From assembly GCF_020745735.1 (NCBI RefSeq), contig NC_083405.1, positions 98,460,135 through 98,524,134 on the forward strand: a stretch of 64,000 bases of DNA, read 5' to 3'. Of the stretch, positions 1 through 12,613 are shown piece by piece. A program made the translations under genes and the position numbers. Positions within the stretch are counted from its first letter, which is position 1. Each line of letters starts with the position of its first letter. The DNA comes from Hemiscyllium ocellatum (Eukaryota). The notes under the pieces were generated by a model. The model saw only the letters and a list, made by a program, of their open reading frames with translations. It was not told where the DNA came from and did not search any database.

Positions 1-1429
1 AATATTTATTCCTTTTATTATGGGCCAAGTCATCGTTAATGGTTATGGTGCTGATTTAGCAACTCAGAGGCTATGAATTTATACTCCCTCAATTTCAAAA
101 TCTGAAGAAACCATCTGGTAATATTTGAAAAGTAACACAACAGCGTTTATGTAAGATCAATGTGGTAAAGTCTTCAGAACCATCTCAAAGACCTTAATCA
201 CACAGGGATTTGGTGACTGAGTCATTGTAATATGTGGATAAGGAAAATAAATTTGATCTTAAAATGTTTATCAATTACAAATTCTATCTAAAGATTGTTT
301 GATCTTAAGTTGGATTTGATTTATCAGTATTAAAACTTTAGACTAGCTATTTCCATTGCAATTGTCAGGAAAGGCTTTGTGTCCAAATAACCTTTTGAAG
401 TACACTTGATGTTAATAGTTGAACTGACCATCACCTTGATCACTCGGTCTCTATTTCTAAGTGTCTTTGTTTTGATACATTAGGAATATTGTTCAGTTTG
501 CTGCACACATATCATCATGAATGTATTCAAAAATGTTTATCGTCTTGCTACATACAACAACCAGTCTTTCATCCTGCAATTAGCAATATTTGATTCTGTC
601 TCATGAAGGAGTTTAAAAGAAGAGAAGTCATAAATTGTGTTCACATATTGCCAGGGCTTATATCTTAAATGGTAAGGAAATGAGATTGTGACAATTCTGA
701 TGTGTATTCCCCTTTGAAGTGCTTCATGCCTTACTGGTGCTAATTCATGATTTCTTGAGAAGTACATCCCACCCCTTTATTGGAGAGGCTGAAATGTTGT
801 CCTAGAGTAATGCAATCTGTAAACTAGAGAACATAATTCCAAAAAGTGAAAGATAAAAAAAATAAAAGGAATACTTTTTATTCATTATTCCTGTTACTCT
901 ATGCAGAAGGCTAACTTGAGGGCCTAGGAGAGATCAAATTTGCCACCTTAACATTATTGTACAGCATGTCACCAGAAACTATGTTAGTTAACCTTTGTAA
1001 CCTTGCTTTTCGCACATTGCCAACAGAGTATAATAATAGCATGTAATTAGAGTACAATATCCTCTATGCATTCCTTTGCAATTGTACTGTCTTTGTGCCT
1101 TTGGGCAAGTAAAATAGTATTTTGTCCAAATTGCCCTTTAAGTCATCTTGTGCCTCTGGCCTTAAAACTCCATTGGTATAGAAAACTGCAACATTGTTGT
1201 CGAATTGAATATGCAGTGGCTGGTCAGCTGTGAATCTTTCCCATCCATCTATCCACACAACGTGCAACCATTTTCTCACTTGTCTTGAAGTGTGATCATC
1301 ATTGGTAGTGATGTTTTTGTTGGTGGTGGTGAGCTGCTTTCCTAAATAATCCAAATGAAATCGGTACATGCACAGTTCTATTGTACAGTGAGCTCCAGGA
1401 TTTTGACTCAGCAAGTACATAGTGATACA

Positions 1430-1830
1430 GTTTAAGTTCAGGGTGATGAAAGATTTGAAGGAAAACTTGTAGGTAGTGATGTTCTTGTGACCTGTTGTCC
1501 TTGCTGTTCTCGGTGGCACAGGTCACAGGTTTGGAATGTGTTATTGAAGGAGTCTAGGTGAGTAGCTGCATTGCATCTTGCATATGGGACAGAGCTACCA
1601 CAGTGCACCTGTCATGGAGGGATTGAATGTTAAGTTGTTGGATGGGATGCTGATCAAGTGCACTGCTTTGTATTGGATGGCTTCAAAATTCTTGTGTGTT
1701 GTTGAAGCTACATTCATTCAGGCAAGTGGAAAGTATTCAATCGCTAGATTTATACCTTGCAGATGTTTGACTTGCTTTGGGGAGTAAGAGGCTGAGTTAG
1801 ACCTCACAGCATTTCCAGTCCACTACTGTG
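1430..1830 (-). mobile_element. Old CR1-group LINE 3' fragment (same family as 11395-19265)
   Basis: Similar to 13200-13560 (caggcaagtggaaagtattc, gctgatcaagtg... segments). Confidence 0.65.
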
Positions 1831-2024
1831 AAAAGGAAAACAAAATGGCTGGAAGAAGGGATAAAACTGAAGATTGGCCATACAAACATATGTTAAATTC
1901 GTTTTCTTAGAAATCATCCAATCACTTCAGAAAAAAATGAATTAGTTTTGAAGTGCAGTGAATGTTACGTAGGTAATGTGTCAGTCATATTGCACACAAT
2001 TTTCCCATAAACGAGGAATGATAC

Positions 2025-2490
2025 AAGGAATGCAATTGGAATGATACCAGGAATGAAAGATTTTAGATACAAGGAAAGTTTAGAGAAATTGGGTTTATTC
2101 TCCCTAGAGCAGAGAAGATCAAGAGGTCATCTTATTGAGGTGTTCAAAATTATAAACAATTTTGACAGGGTAAAGAAAGATATTCTATTTCTATTAGTTC
2201 AGTAACTAGGGATCATAATTTCAAGATTGTCAGCAAAAGAGCTAGAAGTGAGATGAGGAGAAACTTCTTTACTCAGAGAGTTGTTAGGATTTGGAATGTG
2301 CTGCCTGAGAGAGAGGTGGAGGCATATTCCAGAGGAGGTTTCAAATGAAAGCTGATTATATATTTGAAAGTGATTAAGTTAGTGGCTATGGAGATAGGCC
2401 TGGAAAGTGGGGCTAGCTTGGTAGCTCTTTCAGGAGCCGGTACAAGACACGATGGGTTTTACTGTAAAATTCTATGATTCTGTGATTCTA
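2025..2490 (+). mobile_element. CR1 LINE 3' fragment
   Basis: Decayed RT C-terminus (LGLFSLEQRR...FFTQRVVRIWN) and ttctatgattctgtgattcta tail. Confidence 0.8.
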
Positions 2491-2616
2491 AATTATGATA
2501 AGATCAGCAGTCAGTGGGTATATAAGTCGATGCTTTGTTAATTACATTTTCTCATCACATCTTATTTTGTGTGCATGTTTTTAAAGTTCTGACTTTCAGG
2601 TATTTCTTTTGTCCAG

Positions 2617-2738
2617 AACGGTTTCTGGAAGATCATGAGAACTTGGTGGAGACCCTGTCACATTGGACGCGAGACAGCGAGAACACACTTCTATTTGTTG
2701 AAAAGAAAGAAAAGTATGCGGTCTTTAAAAATCCCCAG
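2617..2738 (+). CDS. APBB1IP: APBB1IP/RIAM internal exon, end of RA domain ((E)RFLEDHENLVETLSHWTRDSENTLLFVEKKEKYAVFKNPQ); upstream exons lie outside the window
   Basis: ttttgtccAG acceptor and CAG|GTaagc donor; 122 nt (phase 1 to 0); peptide closely matches recalled human RIAM ERFFEDHENVVEVLSDWTRD...KYAVFKNPQ. Confidence 0.95.
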
Positions 2739-2802
2739 GTAAGCAAATTATACGAAAAGAAAACAGTTGATGGCTGGCATCGCAGAATTTTCAACAATTT
2801 GT

Positions 2803-3106
2803 GGGCGGCACGGTGGCACAGTGGTTAGCACTGCTGCCCCACAGCGCCTGAGACCCGGGTTCAATTCCCGACTCAGGCGACTGACTGTGTGGAGTTTGCA
2901 CGTTCTCCCTGTGTCTGCGTGGGTTTCCTCCGGGTGCTCCGATTTCCTCCCACTGTCCAAAGATGTGCGGGTCAGGTGAATTGGCCATGCTAAATTGCCC
3001 GTAGTGTTAGGTAAGGGGTAAATGTAGGGGTATGGGTGGGTTGCGCTTCGGCGGGTCTGTGTGGACTTGTTGGGCCGAACACTGTAAGTAATCTAATCTA
3101 ATCTAA
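2803..3106 (+). mobile_element. HE1-type tRNA-derived V-SINE
   Basis: A box (gtggcacagtgg) and B box (gggttcaattccc); V-domain tgtgtggagtttgcacgttctccc...gggtttcctccggg; (aatct)n tail. Confidence 0.9.
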
Positions 3107-3169
3107 ACAATGATTCTCACCGACAGCAGTAACCTGCTTTTTAAACTTATGGTCGATGTCTTCATGTAG

Positions 3170-6100
3170 AACAATTAAGGGCGGAGCTTAACACGTGGCT
3201 GCGCAGCTGGTGTAGGAGGGAGGGCTTCAGATATGTAGATAATTGGGATGCCTTCTGGAGAAGGTGGGACCTGTACAAGAAGGACGGGTTGCATCTGAAC
3301 TGGAAGGGGACCAATGTCCTGGGTGGAAGGTTTGCTCGAGTAGTTCGAGAGGATTTAAACTAGTATGGCAGGGGGGTGGGATCCTGAGCTGTATACCGGA
3401 GGTGAGAGTTGATGCAGATGAGGCAATAGCAAGAGGTAGACCAGCTAGTGGGAAGGATTTTCCTGGGAAGGAGCCAAGAGATCAATTAAAGTGTGTTTGC
3501 TTTAAAGCAAGAAGTATCAGGAATAAAGGTGATGAACTTAGAGCATGGATCAGTACCTGGTGCTATGATGTTGTGGCTATAACAGAGACATGGGTTTCTC
3601 AGGGGCAGGAATGGTTGCTGGATGTTCCAGGGTTAAGAGCATTTAAAAAGAATAGGGAGGGGGGGAAAAGAGGATGGGGTGTAGCACTACTAATCAGAGA
3701 GGGTGTCACAGCTACAGAAGCTTCGATTGTCGAGGAAGATCTGCCTACCGAGTCAGTATGGGTGGAAATTAGGAACAGCAAGGGCGCAGTCACCTCGTCA
3801 GGGTTTACTACAGGCCCCCCAATAGCAGCAGGGAGATTGAAGAAAGCATAGGTCGGCAGATTTTGGAAAAGTGTGGATGTAGTAGAGTTGTTGTAATGGG
3901 TGACTTTAACTTTCCCAATATTGATTGGTACCTCCTTCGAGCAGAAAATTTGAATGGAGCTGTTTTTGTAAGGTGTGTTCAGGAGGGTTTCCTAACTCAG
4001 TACGTTGACAGGCCGACGAGGGGAGAGGCCATTCTAGACTTAGTGCTCGGAAACGAGCCGGGGCAGGTATCAGATCTTATGGTGGGAGAGTATTTTGGTG
4101 ATAGTGACTACAACTGCCTCACATTCTACATAGCTATGGAGAAGGAGAGGATTAGGCAAAATGGGAGGATATTTAATTGGGAAAGAGGAAACTATGATGC
4201 GATTAGACATGAGTTAGGAAGCATGGACTGGGAGCAATTGTTCCATGGTAAAGGCACTATAGACATGTGGAGACTGTTTAATGAACAGTTGTTGCAAATG
4301 ATGAATAAATATGTCCCTCTGAGACAGGCAAGAGGGGGTAAGATAAAGGATCCTTGGATGACGAGAGCAGTGGAGCTTCTCGATAAAAGGAAAATGGTAG
4401 CTTACATAAGGTCAAGCTCAGCTCTAGAGGATCACAGGCAGGTGAGGAAGGAGCTTAAAAATGGTCTGAGGAGAGCCAGGAGGGGCACGAGAAAGGCTTG
4501 GCAGAACAGATTAGGGAGAACACAAATGCATTTTACACTTATGTGAGGAATAAGAGAATGGTCAAAGAAAGAGTAGAGCCGATCAGGGATAGGACAGGGA
4601 ACTTGTGTGTGGAGTCTGAGGAGGTAGGGGAAGCCCTAAATGAGTTTTTTGCTTCTGTCTTTACAAAAGAAATGAACTTTGTAGTGAATGAAACCTTTGA
4701 AGAGCAGGTGTGCATATTGGAATGGATAGAGATAGAGGAAGCTGATGTGCTGAAAGTTTTGTCAAACATTAAGATTGACAAGTCACCAGGCCTGGACCAG
4801 ATTTGTCCTCGGCTGCTTTGGGAAACGAGAAATGCAATTGCTTCGCCACTTGCAAAGATCTTTGCATCCTTGCTCTCCACTGGAGTCGTACCTGAGGACT
4901 GGAGAGAGGCAAATGTAATTCCTCTCTTCAAGAAAGGAAATAGGGAAATCCCCGTCAATTGCAGACCAGTAAGTCTCACGTCTGTTGTCTGCAAGGTGTT
5001 AGAAAAGATTCTGAGGGATAGGATTTATGACCATCTGGAAGAGCATGGCTTGATTAAATGCAGTCAACACGGCTTTGTGAGGGGCAGGTCATGCCTCACA
5101 AACCTTATCGAGTTCTTTGAGGATGTGACTAGAAACGTTGATGAGGGTCAAGCTGTGGATGTGGTTTTGTGGACTTCAGCAAGGCATTTGATAAGGTTCC
5201 CATGGTAGGCTCATTCAAAATGTCAGGAGGAATGGGATACAGGGGAACTTAGCTGTCTGGATACAGAATTGGCTGGCCAACAGAAGACAGCGAGTGGTAG
5301 TAGAAGGAAAATATTCTGCCTGGAAGTCTGTGGTGAGTGGTGTTCCACAGGGCTCTATCCTTGGGCCTCTACTGTTTGTAATTTTTATTAATGACTTGGA
5401 TGAGGGGATTGAAGGATGGGTCGGCAAGTTTGCAGACGACACAAAGGTTGGAGATGTCGTTGACAGTATAGAGGGCTGTTGTAGGATGCAACGGGACATT
5501 GACAGGATGCAGAGATGGGCTGAGAGGTGGCAGATGGAGTTCAATCTGGATAAATGCAAGGTGATACATTTTGGAAGATTGAATTTGAAAGCTGAGTACA
5601 GGATTAAGGATAGGATTCTTGGCAGTGTTGAGGAACAGAGGGATCTTGGTGTGTGGGTACATAGATCCCTTAAAATGGCCACCCAAGTGGACAGGGTTGT
5701 TAAGAAAGCATATGGTGTTTTGGCTTTCATTAACAGGGGGATTGAATTTAAGAGTCCTGAGATCTTGTTGCAGCTCTATAAAACTTTGGTTAGACCGCAC
5801 TTGGAATACTGCATCCAGTTCTGGTCACCCTATTATCGGAAAGATGTGGGTGCTTTGGAATGGGTTCAGAGGAGGTTAACCAGGATGCTGCCTGGACTGG
5901 AGGGCTTATCTTATGAAGAGAGATTGACTGAGCTCGGACTTTTTTTTATTGGAGAAATGGAGGAGGAGAGGGGACCTAATTGAAGTATACAAGATAATGG
6001 GAGGCATAGATAGAGTCGATAGCCAGAGACTATTTCCCAGGGCAGAAATGACTAACATGAGGGGTCATAGTTTTAAGCTGGTTGGAGGAAAGTATAGAGA

Positions 6101-6319
6101 GGATGTCAGAGGTGGGTTCTTTACACAGAGAGTTGTGAGAGCATAGAATGCGTTGCCAGCTGCAGTTGTGGAAGCAAGGTCACTGGGGATATTTAAGAGA
6201 CTACTGGACATGCATATGGTCACAGAAATTTAAGGGTGCATACATGAGAATCAGTGGTCAGCACAACATCGTGGGCTGAAGGGCCATTCTGTGCTGTACT
6301 GTTCTATGTTCTATGTTCC
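3170..6319 (+). mobile_element. 5'-truncated CR1 LINE: ORF1 esterase end, APE endonuclease, RT and 3' tail; frameshifted
   Basis: DGLHLNWKGTN (SGNH esterase), VAITETW, VMGDFNFP, GDSDY, HGFVRGRSCLTNL, GVPQGSILGP, FADD; (ttctatg)n tail. Confidence 0.95.
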
Positions 6320-7665
6320 AATTCACTGGCTTGTTTGGATCAGATGAAAACTTATTCCATGATACTCTCTGAAAATTACATCCATCAGTCAATGATGACC
6401 AGAATTAAAATTAGTTCTTCATTTGATATATAATAACTCTAAAATAACTCTCACTTTTTTAACTGAAGGAAAAATGAAGCAATTTGTGCAATGAGATATG
6501 GCAGTGTAATCAGTGAGAGGAAAAAGAATCACAGATGTTAAGTTTGCAAGGCAGAGCAAAATAGTTCCAAACATTTTCTATAGGAAAGGAACTCATAGCT
6601 TTTCCAATTCTGATGGGTGTTCCTATGCAGGGAGGGGGACAGGGATTATGGACCAAAGGCCTGAGCAATCTGCAAGCTATGAAGATGGCATCAAAGGCCT
6701 CAGGGTGGATCAGAGACTGAGATTGGAGAGGAATCAGAGGCCCCAGGCACAAATAATAGGCGTTGGAAGTTATTACATTTTTAACCCCCTGCATTTTTGG
6801 GGAGTTAAATTTATCTGTTAGCTTCCTGCTGCAACATTTTTCTTGAAATCAGTTATATTTATACTTAGCTGTATAGACTGAGAAAAACTTGTTGAATTGT
6901 GTGTTGGTGGCACTATCATAATGTAATAATGACTTATAACACTTTAGATTTTGGGAATTGACACGCAAGGATTTGAAAGATAAAGAAGAATCGAGAAATG
7001 AAGTGATTGGCCTACTCTCCCTTTCCACTGCCATGATGACATTTTTGAAAAATTTCTGGGGGAAGTAAATCAATTGGCATGACATTCTCGTAGATGAATA
7101 AGCAGAAGAACAATTTTGAGAGTTATAAAATCTTTCTCAGTTTCTAAGCTCGAGTGCTAGTTACTTGTCAATTGATACCAGAGAACAGAACATTCAAAGT
7201 TAATCTTCCTGCACTTTGCTTGGGGTCAATTCCTGATCTTGAGTTTTGAGAAAATACATAGCTCTCAGGTCTTTTGTAGCTTCCATAACTCAATAACTAA
7301 TTAATTTACATTATCTTTTATAAATACATGTGGACAGCTGTGGGAAACAGTGATACCAATGTTAACGTAGAGACCTGAGACAGGCAAGACCACTGTTATT
7401 TATGACACCTTTGGTAATCGAGCATTTTTGAAGATCTGTGAAAATTAGCTGCAAAATCCATTAATTTGACTGACCAATTAACTTTTACATTACAGGAGTA
7501 GAGATGTTTTGTTGCAATTGTGTAGAACAATGGTGAGATCATAGCTGGATTATTGGAAACACTTTTGGCCTCATTATCTAGGGAAATATACATTTGTCAT
7601 AAGACAGTGCAAAGGAGGTACATCAAACTAATCTTTGTTTTTTTTTATTAGGAAACTTTATTTGT

Positions 7666-7962
7666 GGGTGGCACCGTGGCACAGTGGTTAGCACTGCTAC
7701 CTCACAGCGCCAGAGACCCGGGTTCAATTCCCGCCTCAGGCGACTGACTGTGTGGAGTTTCCCATGTCTGCATGGGTTTCCTCCGGTTTCCTCCCACAGT
7801 CTAAAGATGTGCAGGTCAGGTGAATTGGCCATGCTAAATTGCCCGTAGTGTTAGGTAAGAGGTAAATGTAGGGGTATGGGTGGGTTGCGCTTCGGTGGGT
7901 CAGTGTGGACTTGTTGGACCGAAGGCCTTTTTCCACACTGTAAGTGATCTAATCTAATCTAA
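7666..7962 (+). mobile_element. HE1-type V-SINE
   Basis: Highly similar to 2803-3106, with (aatct)n tail. Confidence 0.9.
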
Positions 7963-7964
7963 TG

Positions 7965-8257
7965 AAACACTGAAGAAAGTGGGCCCATATTCTCAGTAGA
8001 TTAGAAAAATGAGAGGAGATCTCATTGAAACCCTTAAACATTTTACAGGGTGTGACAGGTGAGAGTAGATGGGATTTTCCACAGGCTGGTGACTCAAGAA
8101 CCTGAGGGCACTGTCTCAGAATAAGGGTCAGGCTATCAAAGTCTAGATGAGAAAAAATTTCTTCACCAGTGAGTGGCAAATCTTTGGAATTCTCTATTCC
8201 AGATGGCATTGGAAAGACAAACATTGAGCATGTTCAAAAGAGAAATTGATGGATTTA
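7965..8257 (+). mobile_element. Decayed CR1 3' fragment
   Basis: ttagaaaaatgagaggagatctcattgaaac... RT C-terminal remnant. Confidence 0.65.
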
Positions 8258-9960
8258 AGAACATATGAGCATAAGAAATAGGAGCAGAAGTAAAGCCATC
8301 TGGCCCATCGAGCCTTCTCATAAACTTTAATTCCTTTACAGTTCAAAATTTTTCCTATCATTGCCTTTAAAACATTCAATGAGCCTCAATTGGGCAGGGA
8401 GTTCCACAGATTCACATCCCTTTGGATGAAGACGTTCCTCCTCAACTCAGGTCTAAATCTGCTCCACTTTATGTTGAGGTTGTGCCCCCTAGTCCTAGTT
8501 TCACATGCTAGTGGAACCAATTTCCCTGCTTCTATATTATTTATTCCCTTCATAATTGTATATATTTTTATAAGATCCTCACTCATTCTTCTAAATTCCA
8601 ATGAGTGTGGCGCTGGAAAAGTACAGCAAATCAGGCAGCATCCGAGAAGAGTTGACATTTCGTGCATAAGCCCTTCATCAGGAATGTGGAGGGCGAAGGG
8701 AGCTGAGAGATAAATAGACGTGTGGGGGTGAAGGTAGCTGGTAAGGTGCTAGATGGATACAAATGGGGGTTAATTGTGATAGAACAGTGGGGAGGGGTGA
8801 GCAGATAAGTGGGAAGGAAGTTGGAGATAGGTAGGACAGGTCAAGAGGGCAGTACCAGTTGGAGGGTTGGATCTTTGATGAGGTGAGGGAGGGTAGATTT
8901 GGAAACTAGTGAAGTCGATGTTAATGCCGTGTGGTTGAAGGGTCCCAAAGCAGAAGATGAGGCATTCGTCCTCCAGTTGTCAGGTGGCTTTGATTTGGCA
9001 GCGGAGGAGGCCCAGGGCTTGCATCCCCTTGGGGGAGAGGGAGGGGGACTGAAGTGACTGGCCAGAGGGCAGTGGGGATGTTTGGTGCACGTGTCCCAGA
9101 GGCAACATCTTTGGGACACACACACCAGACAACATCACCACCCTGTGGCCAACCACTTCAATTCCCCCTCCTTCTCCCACAAGGACATGCAAGTCATCAG
9201 CCTCCACCACTGCCAAATCAAAGCCACCCAACACCTGGAGGAAGAATGACTCATTTTCTGCCCTGAGACCCTTCAACCACATGGCATCAACATCGACTTC
9301 ACTAGTTTCCAAATCTCCCCTCCCCCTCACCTCATCCCAGCACCAACCCTCTAATTGGTACTGCCCTCTTGACCTGTCCTACCTATCCCCAACTTTCTTC
9401 CCACCTACCCGCTCCATCCTCCCCACTGATCTATCACAATTACTCCCCACCTGGCTCCACCTATCACCTTCGCAGCTACTTTCCCTCCACTTCCCTATCT
9501 ATCTCTCAGCCCCCTCCCCCACCTCCACCAAATCCCTGAAGAAGGACTTATGCCCAAAACATTGTCTTTCCTGCTCCTCGGATAATGCTGACCTTCTGTG
9601 TCTTTCCAGAGCAACACTTTCCAACTCTGACACTCCAACATCTGTAGTCCTCACTTTCTCCTAAATTCCAATGAGTGTAGTCCCAGTTTACTCAATCTCT
9701 CCTCATAAGACAACTCTCTGAACTCCAGAATCAACTTAGTGGACCTCCTCTGCACCCCCTCCAGTGCCAGTGCATTCTTTCTCAAGTAAGGAGACCAAAT
9801 CTCTGCACAATGTTCCAGGTGTGGCCTTACCAGCACCCTATACTACTGAAGCATAACCTCCATGTTTTTAAACTCCACTCCTCTAACAACAAAGGACAGT
9901 ATTCCATTTACCTTCTTAATTACCTGCTGGACCTACAAACCAACGTTTTGTGACTCATGC
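8258..9960 (-). mobile_element. CR1 3' fragment interrupted by a Penelope-like fold-back insertion
   Basis: Minus-strand ORFs LVRPHLEHCAEIWSPYLRK...LEFRR (9651-9836) and EFRRMSEDLIKIY...VNLWNSLP (8386-8667) are continuous across the insertion. Confidence 0.88.
8609..9660. mobile_element. Penelope-like element (family B), two truncated 3' ends in inverted orientation
   Basis: Arms ~8620-9070 and ~9140-9610 are reverse complements encoding the GIY-YIG C-terminus; 18-bp TSD ctaaattccaatgagtgt at 8591-8608 and 9661-9678. Confidence 0.88.
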
Positions 9961-11657
9961 AAAAAGTCTCTTGATTCTTTGATCATAACATTCAGCTGTG
10001 CAATGCCCATATTTGTGCAACAGTGTGTGCTGTATTGGGCTCAGAATAGTATTTGTCCAACTTCTTCAGGAAAATGCAGGTGTCCTTTAAGATGTGCAGT
10101 CTAATTTTCAATGGTGTGGGTTGCCTTAAACCTGCACTACCTTCTCAGGCAATTGCAGCTTTTCTTTGCATGAAGCTAATTAACACTGGCTGAACAGAAA
10201 TTACTTCACTGACCAAACAGTGTGAGTTTTGCTATCATTCAACTTGCATCAGAAACAAGGATAAGTTCATTGTGCATCAAGACCCCCTGTTGTCAGCCAT
10301 TATCCAATTTCATGATCTTAGGCTCCAAAGTTTACCTAATCTGCATCATCACAGGGTCTAAACTACAAGCAAAATATTGTGGATACTGAAGGCTTGAGAA
10401 AAAAACAAGAAATACTGGAGAAAATTGGCAGGTCTGGCAGCATATTTGGAAAGTAAAACAGAGTTAATATTCCTGGTCCAACCATTCCTCTTTGTTCCAT
10501 CTTCTTCCTAACAGATTAAATAGTGGAAGTTCATTCGTGTGAATATAATGAGTGGATACATTTACTCAGCAGCAAAATTAAATTTTCTCCCTCTCTGCCA
10601 GTTCTCATGGTGCATTGAAGTAACAAAAGTGATGACGATGCTAAGTTATATTTAGGTTTAGGTTTTTTTTCATCATGATGTCTCAGTAGAGATTTTCAGC
10701 AACTATATTAACACATTTATGTTACCAGATAAGAGCGGCAGAACCTAATGATCCCCAATTAAACTGTATCTCCACCCTGAAGGCTGATTACAACTTACAG
10801 GATTAATAAACCTCAATTACCCTCCAAGAGAAAATCACACTGTGATGTTTTAATGAAAATCTTTTTAGTGATGAAGAGAAGAGACAAAATATAATGAAAT
10901 GAGAATGACTGATCCTCTAATCAGCCATATCTGATTGCCCTGTCTCGCAGAAGATAATGCATCACTGTTGCACTGAGTTAAGTGTAATCCACTATAGTAA
11001 ACGCACAGAGACACATTGGCACATAGCCACTAGCTTTGTTTCATGACCTGTTTTTGTTAGAGGGTTCCTTCTAACGCTACGGACCCCATTAGATGCAATT
11101 TGCAGTTAAATGCCCCAAACTTTTTACAGCTAGAACAGTCCACAAAAAGGGATTTTGCTCCCTATAATCCACCAAAAGTACCAACTGTGACAAATTTAAA
11201 CCTCATGATACTTGCATCTGGTCATCATAATGTTCTGATCTGCTGACTCATGGATCTGCTTCTGTAAGACAAAATTCCTCTTTCACATTGCTGATCTCAA
11301 TTTACAATTAGCCGTCACTTAGAAGGCACAGCCAAATTGGGAAAAAGTGCATATGTGGATTTGCACTAACTGTATTTGCACAAGATTCCGACATTTTTTG
11401 TTCTTTCGTGGGTTGAGGGCAGTATTGGGTATGCCAGCACTTATGGCCCATCTCAAGATGCCCTTGTGAAGGTGGCTATGAGCTGACTTCCTAAACTGCT
11501 GCACTCCATTGGGTATAGTAGACCTTCAATACTGTTAGAGAGATAGTGAGAAATGTTGATATATTTCCATGATTTGGACATGCCGATGTTAGACTGGCGT
11601 GTACAAAGTTAAAAAGCACATAACACCAGGTTATAGTCCAACAGGTTTAATTGGAAG

Positions 11658-11694
11658 CACATTAGCTTTCGGAGCGACGCTCCTTCATCAGGTG
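11658..11694 (-). ncRNA. Minimal type I hammerhead ribozyme motif in family A pLTR (stem I has one mismatch)
   Basis: Minus strand reads CAC-CUGAUGA-A-GGAGC GUC GCUCC-GAA-AGCU-A-AUG. Confidence 0.7.
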
Positions 11695-12441
11695 ATGGTG
11701 GAGGGCTCGATCGTAACACAGAATTTATAGCAAACATTTGCAGTGTGACGTAACTGAAATTATACATTGAAAAATTGATTGTCTGTTAAGCCTTTCATCT
11801 GTTAGAATACAGTGATAGTTTCACTTCTTTCATGTGTAAATCACAAAACCTTTTTTTTAAAAGTTGCATTTTTGGGTTAGCTGTTAACAATGGTGATAGC
11901 TAAACAATATGTTGAAGGTGTTAGCCCCCTGTGTTCTCTGTCTATGACCTGATGTTTAGATTGATTCTAATCTAAAAAGTGAGATAACAGAGTTTTACAT
12001 AAATTCATGCAGTTTTTGAGCTCAGAGTTCTACATGAATGTATGCAGTTTTGAGCAAAGTGCAATGTAACTCTGCAATACAAATTCACCCCACAAAATAT
12101 ATGTGTGCGTGTGTGTCTTTGTCTGTCTGTGTGTGTCTGTCTGTCTGGTGTGGGGGTTGTAAGTGTGAGAAAGTGTGTGTGTGTGTGTAATAAGTGCAGA
12201 GTGTCTTACATCTGTGAGGAGGTGCATGTGTGAGTGTGGGAGTATGTGTATCTATAAGGGTGTTTGTGGGTGTCTGTGTGTGCGTCTGTGTGTACCTGTG
12301 TCCATGTGTATGCGAGAGTGTGTGTGTGTAGTGCAATGGTGATCACCTATAATGTGACATGAACCCAAGGTCCCGCTTGAGGCCCTCCCTATGAGTATCG
12401 AACTTAGCTATTAGCCTCTGCTCGGCCATTTTCCTCTGCTG

Positions 12442-12613
12442 AAAATGTGTTGCTGGAAAAGCGCAGCAGGTCAGGCAGCATCCAAGGAACAGGAAATTAG
12501 ACGTTTCAGGCATAAGCCCTTCATCAGGATTCCTGCCTGATCTGCTGCGCTTTTCCAGCAACACATTTTCAGCTCTGATCTCCAGCATCTGCAGACCTCA
12601 CTTTCTCCTCGAA
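12442..12613. mobile_element. Short family B pLTR fold-back inserted into the family A GIY-YIG ORF
   Basis: ctgaaaatgtgttgctggaaaagcgcagcag...ctgctgcgcttttccagcaacacattttcag inverted arms; TSD tttcctctgctg at 12430-12441 and 12617-12628. Confidence 0.88.
12497..12530 (-). ncRNA. Hammerhead-like motif of family B pLTR
   Basis: Minus strand reads C-CUGAUGA-A-GGGC UUAU GCCU-GAA-ACGU-C; stem I imperfect. Confidence 0.55.

Noticed and set aside
1064-1519. 151-aa minus-strand ORF
   Set aside because: Non-ATG start, partly overlaps a LINE remnant, and no recognisable domain or splice context.
2803-2880. tRNA genes (also 7666, 42020, 47640)
   Set aside because: These are A/B-box heads of SINEs that continue into the V-domain and a LINE-like tail.
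3243-6146. Active, intact LINE
   Set aside because: ORF2 is broken by several frameshifts and stops and the 5' end is missing; the same applies to all other LINE and PLE copies here.
12030-12336. His/Thr-rich ORFs
   Set aside because: Translation of the (CA)n-rich Penelope 3'UTR.
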